Shown piece after piece: positions 38,369 through 48,871 of a stretch of DNA of 48,871 nt. The notes under the pieces were generated by a model. It was not told the origin of the DNA. It was given only the letters and a program-made list of their open reading frames with translations, and did no database searches. Made by a program: the position numbers and the translations under genes. The stretch's first letter is position 1. Each line of letters starts with the position of its first letter. This DNA is from Octopus bimaculoides (Eukaryota), in NCBI RefSeq assembly GCF_001194135.2, contig NC_068981.1:180168039-180216909 (forward strand), read 5' to 3'.

Positions 38369-38995
38369 CTATGACAATACAGGTATTATTCTTTTCGATG
38401 GACGTTCCACCAACATTCGCAGCCTTGTCATCGTTAGTCTTATCGATGTTAACGTTGTTAAATATTTTCTGTTCTACCTTACATAATATTTCTTTCTTTT
38501 CTTTTTGTCTTTATGCTGCTGCCGATTTTGATGTTGTTCATATCATTTATTTATTTTTATTTTTGGTTCTGTTTTGGGTTGTAGATTTTTGTCATGAATA
38601 TCGCCATAATTGTTGTGGCTACTTTTGTTGTTTCTTTTTTTATATCACTGCTGCTTTTCGCCTCACTGCTCTGCAGCACCATAGCATTACTGTTTTTTTT
38701 AGAGAGAACGCCTACACAATATTTTATTAGATTTCTCAAAAGAAAAAAAAAATGGAAAGTTTTCTCACTTCGTTTTTTTTTGTATTTGTATTTCAAACCA
38801 AATATTTTGAGAACGAATACAACTTTAATGTTCCTGGATTACAAGGAGATACCAAGAGTTTTAAATATCTTCCCTCATTACAGAATGTTTTGAAACGAAT
38901 CTAACAATCAAAATTACAAGTTTCGTCCGAATAATATATAAGATTGGGCGCTAATTTACAAAGAGTCAATGTTTGCTATCAAGAGAAACTCGGAT

Positions 38996-39086
38996 AGAAG
39001 AAGAAGAAGAAGAAGAAGAAGAAGAAGAAGAAGAAGAAGAAGAAGAAGAAGAAGAAGAAGAAGAAGAAGAAGAAGAAGAAGAAGAA
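38996..39086. repeat. (AAG)n microsatellite
   Basis: Direct reading. Confidence 0.97.
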
Positions 39087-39539
39087 ATTCTAAGGTTACA
39101 CCATATACCATACTAAAATATGGTGGGAGATAACCTACCCAGATGAAGTTGGTCAAGACCTTCTGAGCCCCTCCAGGTAAACTTGGTTATGTATAAGGCC
39201 ATAGATATTAACCAACTTTCCCTTTTCTCTTCTAAGTGCGAGGAATAAAATACTATTGTGCTACCCGGAGCAAGATAGCCTTCCTAGATGAGGGAAGACA
39301 GGTCCATCTGAGCTACTTTAAGCAAACCTGCGTGTTAAGGATATACTGGGGTACTAAATATCATGTGGTTTTCATTTAAATAATACAGATCATACCACCT
39401 CGTTCGTCGTACGGTACCAAGGGACGCGCTCACAATAGTGCACCATGATAGAATCGAAAAAGAAACTGCTGGAACTGACTCTCAAAATGATAGTGTAAAC
39501 GGTAATTAGGACCAGGAAAGCTCACTTTGAACTATTTGA

Positions 39540-39945
39540 ACATCCACCATCACTAAGACCAGTAATTAAAACACAAAGCGGAAAAGGATACCAGAGAAAT
39601 ATAAAGGGGAAATGAGCTTCTGAAGAGAATGTCAAAACTAGAAAAGCAACAAAAAAAAAGTTAATAAAAAGTGAAAAAATAACAGATGAACGAAGTCTTC
39701 CTACTAACAAAGAGATTCTGAAACAATACGTGCAATCGAAGAACAGAGTAAGAAGACAAGAAAAAGAAGTAAATTCTATTGACAGAGGAAGACCCAAACA
39801 AATTTTATAATGAAATTCAATTAGTCCTAAAGAAATTTTATAAGGAAATGGGGAAACAAGAAATAGAAATAAAGCATCCACTTAATATGAGTGAAGTTTA
39901 GGAATTCTGGAAGACCATCTTGAGTATTCAAAAGAATATAAACGA
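39540..39945 (+). mobile_element. R4/Dong-like LINE internal fragment (first copy)
   Basis: 39765-39945 aligns with 41115-41270 (AAGAAATTTTATA..AAATGGGGAAACA, EFWK.I motif). Confidence 0.65.
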
Positions 39946-40131
39946 CACTGAATAGAGCCCAATATAATATTGAACGGGTATACGCTTGGAGAAAAAAAAG
40001 TGGGTGAAAAGACCCGACAAAACATGAAAACCAATAAACTAGAAAATACACGAAGAGATATATTAAGAAAGAAAAGATTCACACAATCTGAGATAGATGT
40101 TATAAGGGTGCAAACCAGCCCAGCGCATGAG

Positions 40132-40492
40132 TTGTTTTTTGTTGGCACTCCGTCGCTTACGATGACGAGGGTTCCAGTTGATCCGATCAACGGAACAGCC
40201 TGCTCGTGAAATTAACGTGCAAGTGGCTGAGCACTCCACAGACACATGTACCCTTAACGTAGTTCTCGGGGATATTCAGCGTGATACAGTGTGACAAGGC
40301 TGACCCTTTGAATTACAGGCACAACAGAAACAGGAAGTAAGAGTGAGAGAAAGTTGTGGTGGAAGAGTACAGCAAGGTTCGCCTTTAGGTATTTTCGCTC
40401 AATAAACACTCACAACGCCCGGTCTGGGAATCGAAACCGCGATCCTATGACCGCGAGTCCGCTGCCCTAACCACTGGGTTATTGCGCCTCCA
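40132..40492 (-). mobile_element. tRNA-derived SINE with the V-type head but a different body, 13-bp TSD
   Basis: TSD CCCAGCGCATGAG (40119-40131) and CCCAGCGCTTGAG (40493-40505). A box AACCCAGTGG, B box GGTTTCGATTCCC. Confidence 0.9.
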
Positions 40493-42480
40493 CCCAGCGC
40501 TTGAGTATGTTATATTAAATGTATATGATAGAATACTTGTAGTAGCTGTCCTAACAAGACTGCAGAAACTACGAGAAGATAACAATCAGGTGCCAGATGG
40601 CTATGAAAATGTTATCCCACTTCTTAAATTACATAAGAAAGATTTCGTAGCAGTCAAGGAAGATATCATTAGAGAATTGAGTATAACCATATGCACTGAA
40701 ATACTCAGAGACTGGCTGTCACAATTTCAAAACAATAAAAAAAAAACGCATACCCGGTTAAAATGTATAATGCAGCAATGAAGGAAATAATGAAAGAAGA
40801 GGAAGCTAGTCTAATAACCATGAATAACCTTGGGTACTCTATGACAAAGGCTTTGAGCAACCAAATTGGATTTACAAATACAGAGGAAACATGTCAGCAA
40901 GCAAGCAAAATAGAAAGCTAAAATACAGAAATAGATTAAATAACTGCGAGAGGAATTGTTGCTTGTTCATGAGCTTTCGAAGGCAATGTCCAGGCTAGAA
41001 AAGTATGAAAAGGCAAAACAAAAATAGCAAATGAACAAAATCTTCCTACCATCGAAGATCCTGAAATGACGCATGAAATTCTAAGCACAGTGGATTAGAA
41101 AATATGAAAAAAGAAGTAAATTCTATAGGCAGCAAGAATTTTCGAAACAGAAGTAAAGAAATTTTATAGAAAAATGGGGAAACAGCCAACAGAAATAAAG
41201 GATCGGTCTAATAGGAATGAAATTGAGAAATTTTGGAAGAACATCTGGAGTATTCAAAAGAAAATAACAAGAAAGTAAGTTGGATTAACAGGGAAAATGT
41301 GCAGATGAAAGATGTGAAATAGTAAAAACGGGTAGAGATGGAAGTGACGAGCTAAGGCAGGACTCAAACAAAACACAAATACAAGCAGTCGCCAGGAAAA
41401 GATCAAATGCTAAATTATTACTTAAATACAGAAAAGCACTGGTCAATGAAATGACTGCACTGATGCAAAACGCCGAGAATGTCTCTTCGTGATTGACAGA
41501 AAGCATAACGTGCCTTCTACCGAAAACACAAGAACCCAAAAGGAAAAGAAAAGAAAAAGAAAAACGAAGAACTATAGACCTATTATATGCCTTACTACAA
41601 CATACAAACTTCTGACTTCAATACATCTCACTGAAAGAGCTTACAGTTTTTTTATTAAGAAAACGCCTCATTCCACGGGAATACAAAGGAGGTAAACAAA
41701 CTCAGTGCATGTAAAGGCCAAGTGGGACCAGAAAATTGTCATAAAAAGAATATGAAATTCAGTACTGCATCCAATGATTACCGAAAAGATTTCAAGTTTT
41801 CCCCATGAGTGGATGCAGAAAACTCTCTTCAACGTAGTATGACAAAATAGATAAAATCTCCCTTTTTAAACCATAGGAACTGAGTCAACCAATCAAGCAA
41901 AATCAAATTAAACTATGGAAGTTTAGGTAAATTCATTTTGCCTATCTTGTGCCGAATGATATTTCCCCACTTTTTGTGGACGGAATAATACAGTGTATTT
42001 ATATAAACTAAGATAACACAACTACAACAACAGAAAAATCAATCACGTATTCGTTATGGACGACCTGAAACTATATGCCTTGCATGACCTGAAGTTAGAA
42101 GGACTCTCTACCAACATTAAAGCAGTTGAGCAACGATATAGAAATGAAATTTGGATTTGTTGAGTGTGCAAAAGCAACTGGTTTCAAAAGGGAAAAGTTC
42201 ATCACTGTATCATCCATTAAGCTCCACCTAGGAAGCACTACAAAAAAAAATCATGAGGGTATCTATAAATATTTGGGTATGAAGAAGGGGGCCGGAATCC
42301 GTTATATAGAATGGAGGAAAGAATCCTAAAAGAGAATAACAATAGTAAGTCTGATAGTGAAAACTGAACTCAACTTTAAAAATCGTAGTGAAGCTGCCAA
42401 CAGCTTACCTGTAGTGCAATATGGTGCTGTACTTGTAGTGCAATATGGCGCTGCAGTACAATCTCATCAACTGGAACCTA

Positions 42481-43751
42481 TTGTGTTAGCAACTAAGTTC
42501 CCGCTGTTTTTTTTAATTTAAATGTTTTTAAAAAGGTTTGATGAGAAATAACAACTAATTTATCAATAATGTATTCACCCTTGTTGTTTACAACTTCTTC
42601 CCAACGTTCAACAAGATTTACAATACCTTGTTGGTAGAAATCACCCGATTTCCACTCCAACCAAGCTCTCAATTCTGCATTAGTATTGAATGAAACTCCA
42701 CGCATAGCATTTGAAAGAGATCGAAAGAGGCGGAAATCCATTGGTGCCAAATCAGAAAAGTACGGCGGGTGCGGCAGCACTTCCTAGCGTTTGAATGGCT
42801 TCTTTGGTCATATTGGCGATATGAGGGCGGGCGTTGCGCAGCAGAAGAACTCCATGCTGCCGATTAGGTCTTTTCTCTTGAATAGCCGTGTTGAGTCGTT
42901 CCATCTGTTGAACATAGAGTTCCACGTTGACCGTTTGGTTCTGTTCAAGTAATTCGTAATGGATAATCCCTTCCCAGTCCCACCATACGCACAACATCGT
43001 TTTATGCGGATGAAGATCTTGTTTCATGCGCGGTGTCGCTTGTTTACCGGAGCTAAACCATTCCTTACGCTGCTTCATATTGACGTACAGGCACCATCTT
43101 TCGTCGCCAGTAACGATTCGGTAAAGAAACCGTTGCTTGTATCCATGAGTTGAGCAGTGAGGAGCAAACAAACCAGCGGAGATTGTGGTTCGTTGAGTTT
43201 TGTTGTTGTCACTTAAAGCATGCGGAACTCATACTCCATACTGCTGAACCTTTCCCATCGAGTGAAGATGTTTCTCTATAGCAGTGTGGGAGCATTCCAT
43301 TTTCTCTACCAGTTCCCTTGTCGGTTGACGAGAATTTTCGTGCAAAAGTTGGTTTAATCGCTCTTCATCGAACTCAACTGGACGGCCAGAACGAGGTGCG
43401 TCTTTGAGGTCGGAATTTCCAATTTTTAACTTGGCATATCAATCACGAGCGGTTCTTTCAGCTATGGCACCCTCTCCATACACAGCACAATGTCGCAAGC
43501 AGCTTTTGCGGCTTTAGAACCTTGATTAAAAGCAAAAAGAAAGAAGTGTCGAAAATGCTCGTTTTTCTTAACTTGACATTCCATTTTAATGATCTGAAAA
43601 TAAACAAAAATTAACTAGAAAAAAATTAAATAAATAAATTCCAAAATGATTCAAAAATAGAATTCTCGACAAAAATAGATTGCAAAATTTAAAAAGGCAT
43701 TAAATTCCAAAATTTCAAAAAAAAACGGCGGGGACTTAGTTGCCAAACCAC
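42481..43751 (-). mobile_element. Full-length 1271-bp mariner (mellifera-like) with TIRs and TA duplication
   Basis: TIR TTGTGTTAGCAACTAAGTTCCCGC vs reverse complement GTGGTTTGGCAACTAAGTCCCCGC. TA at 42479-42480 and 43752-43753. Confidence 0.95.
42559..43584 (-). pseudogene. mariner DD34D transposase, frameshifted
   Basis: MECQVKKNEHFRHF, WVPHAL, IVTGDERW, KTMLCVWWD, NARPH (second D lost), LPHPPYFSDLAPMDF, YIID. Confidence 0.93.
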
Positions 43752-44612
43752 TATTTGATCTTCAGAGAATGGATGGAAAAACACGATGTCCTCTTAACGT
43801 CAACAAAACGCACACATATTAAGGCAGACATCAACCAGCCAACATAAATTATGCAAATATATTTCAACAAAACCACACGTTAGAAGAATATATTTGTAAA
43901 AGGGGGAGAATATTGAGGATAAATGTTTAACACGTAAAGTTTTTGTAGTACTGATGCCGCTATCGAAGTCAAGTGCTAACATCGTTGTGAGGACATTTGC
44001 CAGAATCTTTACCTTTTCATTCATCGATTATATTCACGTTGTTTTTTGTTTTTTTACATATGTGGTAAAGAGTTATGGACGATGCTGATACGTTAACATT
44101 GGAATAATCACTGGAAACGTTTACTACGAACAGATGAACAGCAACACTGAGCAACGAGAGAAGAAGAGTAACCACGAGCAGCGAGAGAGGAAAAGTAGCA
44201 TTTGGCATGAAGAAAAGTCAAATAAAAATCTAGATTCGCATTCCATAGAACATAGGCTATCGACAACTTTTCCCCATTCTTCCCGACACTGGGCTGTCTT
44301 TTCCTTTCTCTCCCAGGCTGTTGGATTGAATTGTCATTGATGCTTCTGTAACTTCGTTTTTTTTAAGCTGTGGTGGTGGCCCTGTGGTCCGTATCAGTTT
44401 GCCATTTGTCCTTTGACTTATCCAGCATGATAGGCGGTACCAAGAGTTTGTACTCTGTTGTGGTTCTCATAGTTATTGAGTGATATGATCCACCCAATTG
44501 CAAGAAGGATTGGTCTTTGTGCTGGAAGAATCCATATAGTCAGATTTAAGTAGTGCTTGGAATTTATTATTATTGGTCTTCAGGGTTTTAATCTTAACTA
44601 CTCAAATACACG

Positions 44613-44910
44613 TGGAGGCACATGGCCTAGTGGTTAGACAGCGGACGTGTGGTCGAGTGATCGCGGGTTCAAATCTCAGACCGGCTGATGTGTGTGTTTA
44701 TGAGCGAAACAACTAAGCTCCACGCGGCTCCGGTAGAAGGTAATGGCGAATTTCTGCTGACTCTTTCGTCACAACTTTCTCTCACTCTTTCTTCCAGCAT
44801 CTAGCAGCTCACCTGCGACAGACAGGCGTCTGGTCCAGGTGGGGAAGCTATACGCCAACGAAACCGGGAAACCCGCCCTTATGAGCCAGGCATGACGGGC
44901 GAAGGTACAA
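44613..44910 (+). mobile_element. tRNA-derived SINE with V-domain-like core
   Basis: A box TGGCCTAGTGG, B box GGTTCAAATCT, core CTGCGACAGACAGGCGTCTGGTCCAGG, GAAACCGGG. Confidence 0.82.
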
Positions 44911-45127
44911 ACAACAACTCAAATACAGACAACAACAACAACAACTTGAATACAGACAGCAACAACTCAAATACAGAGGCCAAATTGGCAGAATTTAGAG
45001 TTCATGAAACGTCATGCGGTTTTAGTTCTGTCCTTTTGCGCTATGATTTCATATTTTGCCCCGGCCATCTTTTTCTTCCCTCCCTTCCCACTGGCTAGAA
45101 CTGCTTTCAACTACTAGGATTAGTATC

Positions 45128-45186
<59 letters not shown>

Positions 45187-45196
45187 CTCTCTCTCT

Positions 45197-45237
<41 letters not shown>

Positions 45238-45354
45238 ATCTATCTATTTCTATGTATCTATCTATTTATCTGTCTCTATCTCACTATCTCTATCTCCACC
45301 TTATTCTCTCTCTTTCTGTATCTCTCTCTCACTTCAACTCTCTTTCTTTCTGTT

Positions 45355-45406
<52 letters not shown>

Positions 45407-45490
45407 TCTTTACTCTCTTCTCACCTCTTCTATCGTTATCTCTCTCTAACCTTTCCTCCCTCTTTCACTTTCTCTCAATCTCTTTCTCTC
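45128..45490. repeat. (CT)n-rich microsatellite and low-complexity tract
   Basis: Direct reading. Confidence 0.95.
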
Positions 45491-47189
45491 GGATTCACTT
45501 GCGAAAAGGAGCCATAAGAGGAATATTCGCACAGTGTTGTTACTGTTCTTTTCGTCATCACACTATCTGCAGCTCAATGAAAGACCACTCTTAATTTAAA
45601 TAATACCGAAACCATACCTCACCAACTACTTTCTCAGTTGTCAAAGTTGCCCTTGCGTCATCAGTACCGTCTGTATCCTAACCCACCAAAAATATAAACT
45701 TTGTTGGTCCATAAGAAAGTAATATTTTGTTTAGAGGAATACCATAAAATAAAAACTTAAACCGTAGCTGACTTGGTCTCGATTCTTAGTTGAAGCTATT
45801 TCACTTACTCTGTTATTACCCTTCTTAAAACATCAACGTTTCAACGACTGCAATTTCGCCTCCTCTATAAATCTAGAACCTTATGCCCTTCATAAAATTA
45901 AATCAATATTTGCTGTGAATTTATGTAGTAATAGTGCTAAAGTTGAACACATTATGAAAACTAGTTTTATCAATGTTGAAATACATAAAAACAAAATTAA
46001 ACAGATATTTCATGTTAAAATAATCTAGTCTTTCAGGATTTTCAATTGCTTCATGATGCAAATTTTCCATTAGAAAAAAGTAATTGCAGTCCTTGTAAAA
46101 GATTACTTAAATGTTGAGTTTGAACTTAAAAAAAAATACTAATAATAAATTAATGCTAAAACGCGCATGCTCACAAAATTGCAAGTCATTTTTCATTTCC
46201 GAATCACATGAAGTTCAATGCTTGGAAATGACTACAAATTTATTTTTACTGATTGGTCTTACGCCAAAAATGTTTAGTGAAACAAAACTACCTATAAATA
46301 ACAAAAATAAATCAACAGTACATTGATAAATCAATAACTTCAATATTAAATTTCCAACATTTGCAGTTCTAGTTTGTTGTCTAGCCAATAAAGGAAATTC
46401 ACCAAGAAAAGAGAAAATATTCACTAAGATAAAAAGAAAAAAAGAAAGAGAATAGATAGTAAAAACATGATGATGAAGAATGCTCAAAACCAATCTTTCA
46501 ATGTTTACATTTAGCGCTTCCTTACAACTCCATTTAAAACGCATTTCAAAGTATTTTTATAATTATTTTTATCTACAGTCAAAAACTAACTGTAACCTTT
46601 TAGTGACGGTATTTTACATTTATTCAAGCGGAATATTATTTTCTTTTATTTATTGATGCTTAATATTACTCCAGGATGAAGTTGTTTTACTTCTGTCGTT
46701 TCGCTAATGTCTATGGCAAAAGAATAAATGCCACAAAATCTCGTTTACCTTCTCAGATAAACATGAAGCTTACTGCCAATATAAATATAAACTATCCATG
46801 TTTACGTTGCTCATCAAACAGTATATATGATATATACGATGTGTATATATATATATATATATACCTTTTCATCGGCTAAACTGTTTAAAAGCAACGTTGA
46901 ATAAGAGAGAAACTTGTGGCTAGACGAGGTCGTGAACTGATTTCGACCTTGGTCTGATTCATGTCTCTTTCACTTTTTTTTTTCCAGTTGTCTTTGGAAA
47001 AGGCATCAATGTAAATAGTTTACAAAAAGAAACAACTTTAACATAATTATAGCCCTGAAATATTATGTAATATAGCGTTCTTCAAATATTTATGCTCACA
47101 TACAGAGAACTACCAACGGTTTGAAGTCTTTCTTTACAGAAGAAAAGAAATAAAATATGACTTGTCCATTATGTTTGGGTATAGTATAT

Positions 47190-48400
47190 ATTTTCTTTTC
47201 ACCTCACTGTCAAGATATAGCAGATGCTGGGATACACATGCCAAAATACGTTGTATTTCGAACTGATAGGAGAGAAAGAACTTATGGTGGAGTTGCAGTG
47301 TACATCCGGAAAAATGTCATGCCTCTGGTATTAGTCACATTCAAATTCAGCTTGTCACTCACTGATAATACACATTAAATTTGTAATATGTCCTATCAAT
47401 CGCTCATCAGAAGCCCCAATTCATAAGAACACATTCGAGGAGATCCTCACAAATATGAAAGAGGTATTAACCAGCCTAGATGTCAGCCTTCATATACTTC
47501 TTGGCGACTTCAACTTCCTTTATGTCGAATGTCCTCAAGGCCGTCTTATCCCAGGTATGTTACTGCATAAACAGTGTCAAAGAGTGTCTGTACTTGACCT
47601 TACAAATAGACTATTTGTGGAGCAAATGGTGCTGTACACAAGGTGTAAAATTGTCCTGGACCTCTGCTTCGCAAATAACACAGCATTCATCTACAGTGTT
47701 ACGGTGATACTGACTATTTTGTAGGACCATAACTTAATAGAACTTACTACGGTCCGCAGAAAACTACGAGCATAAAGTTTACTGGAAGCAACCGGCTCCT
47801 TTCCAGATTGCACTATTATAAAGCTGATTCGAAAGGTATTCAGAAAGAGGTACTGGAAGAAAAGTGGCCGGCCACTCTCTCTACGAAAGGTAGTGACATA
47901 AAGCTACAGCATTTCATAGTAATCATGCGGGAAATATGCAGTAAGTTTGCTCCAGAGAGAATGTGAAACCGACAGAAAAGCATAATTCAAAAAGATAGAA
48001 AGATTCTAATGAGACGACAAGCAAAGATCCCAAAATTTTCTAAATGGGACTCTAAAGCTTAGCGAAAGATCATACCTCAGACAAACACCGCTTGAAATTT
48101 AAAAAATTCAAACATTTCCATGAAAAGGAGAGGTGGCTGAAAAAGAAATCGGGGTTGAAAAATGTAAAGATAAACCCTACAACCTTCTATAGATTTGCAA
48201 AATAATCTGCCTCTGGATGCGACAAAATAGGGCCACTGTCTTACTAACTGCAGACCCTTAAAGGATAAGTGAAATACGGAATGTGTAACACAAAATTATT
48301 TTCACAGCTCCGTTGGATATTTGTAAGTAGCTGCCTCATGAGATCTTCGGCACCACAACGCTACATAAAGATATGGCAATTATCGATTACATCGACAGGA
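47190..48400 (+). mobile_element. CR1/L2-like LINE fragment: APE endonuclease and linker, decayed
   Basis: YVVFRTDRRERTYGGVAVYIRK, ILLGDFNF, IVLDLCFANN, DHNLIEL, KINPTTFYRFAK. Confidence 0.85.
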
Positions 48401-48404
48401 AACT

Positions 48405-48707
48405 CTGTACTTAACGAAGGGAGGTAAGTCCAAAGGGAGGTAAGATCCCAGCATATATAGCCGGATCGAACAACTTCGGATTTTGATGTATAGCTTCATT
48501 TCATTTGTTGTTTACTCTTTTACTGCTTTGAAAATCAGCACAGGTTGCCAACGGTTTCTCTTATAAGATTGACAGAGGTAGTTGAGTTTAACCCTAGGCG
48601 TTAAGAGTCGCTGACGAGGATTAAAATGCTGTGCATCGAAATCCGAAACGTTCGATCCAGCTATATACGCTGGGGACTTACCTCCCTTTGTCAATCATTA
48701 AGTACAG
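48405..48707 (+). mobile_element. ~303-bp element with ~80-bp inverted arms containing a hammerhead (Penelope-like inverted pLTR or retrozyme-like)
   Basis: The left arm 48405-48494, which has an internal 14-bp duplication, is the reverse complement of 48628-48707. No TSD is visible. Confidence 0.75.
48607..48656 (+). ncRNA. Minimal type I hammerhead ribozyme motif
   Basis: GTCG CTGACGA GGATT(aaa ATGC tgt GCAT cga)AATCC GAAAC GT T CGAT. Full core, 5-bp stem II plus a 4-bp extension, palindromic ACGT stem III, GUU triplet, 4-bp stem I with one G.U pair. Confidence 0.72.
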
Positions 48708-48871
48708 TGCTTTGTAACTTTTGAGTTATTTTAAGTCATGTTTCAGGCAATAGCTGGTGCTGGTCTGTACCCTCCGTCACTTTTGCCTTTATGTTCAAAT
48801 TGCTAATAAGCCACTCATTTAATTTGTTTACGCACACATACACACACAAACACAAGTATATATATATATAT

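Larger units (their letters stand above)
37422..38991. mobile_element. Non-autonomous DNA element with ~190-bp TIRs and GAG...CTC ends
   Basis: 37422-~37611 is the reverse complement of ~38802-38991 (GAGTTTCTCTTGAT..CAAACATTGACTCTTTGTAAATTAGCGCCCAATCTTATATATTA). No TSD is visible. Confidence 0.8.
39950..43850 (+). mobile_element. Decayed R4/Dong-like LINE, interrupted by a SINE (40132-40492) and a mariner (42481-43751)
   Basis: KLENTRRDILRKKRFTQSEI, EKFWKNIW, NYRPIICLTTTYKLLTSI, HVFVMDDLKLYA, MKFG..ECAK, YKYLG, and NWNL|FDLQRMDGKTR across the mariner. Confidence 0.85.

Noticed and set aside
44613-44690. tRNA-like heads with A and B boxes (also near 4469, 8083, 23459, 40492)
   Set aside because: They continue into SINE bodies and lack a full cloverleaf, so they are not tRNA genes.
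44900-44980. Short spaced repeats as a CRISPR-like array
   Set aside because: Eukaryotic context, no unique spacers, and explained by SINE tail and target duplication.
45635-45672. Minus-strand CTGATGACGCAAGGGC
   Set aside because: No GAAA and no stem II pairing.

Overview
AT-rich, microsatellite-dense eukaryotic scaffold with 11 N-gaps. It is most likely from an octopus, judged by recall of the tRNA-derived SINE families (not a database search). I find no supportable intact host gene: the long ORFs in the track are N-gap or microsatellite artefacts or decayed transposon proteins. The window holds a Helitron helicase relic, several LINE relics (R4/Dong-like, Jockey/I-like, CR1/L2-like), a full-length mellifera-like mariner with TA duplication, and a rosa/DD41D-like transposase relic. 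It also holds two long-TIR non-autonomous DNA elements (one Merlin-like, with an 8-bp TSD and telomere-like repeats) and at least three SINE families, some nested. The most interesting signal is a set of different minimal type I hammerhead ribozyme motifs in Penelope-like or retrozyme-like small repeats (25172-25217 -, 27637-27708 -, 48607-48656 +, plus a relic at 29481-29522). The one at 48.6 kb is faced by an inverted antisense copy of its own 3' half. All translations and alignments were done by eye.
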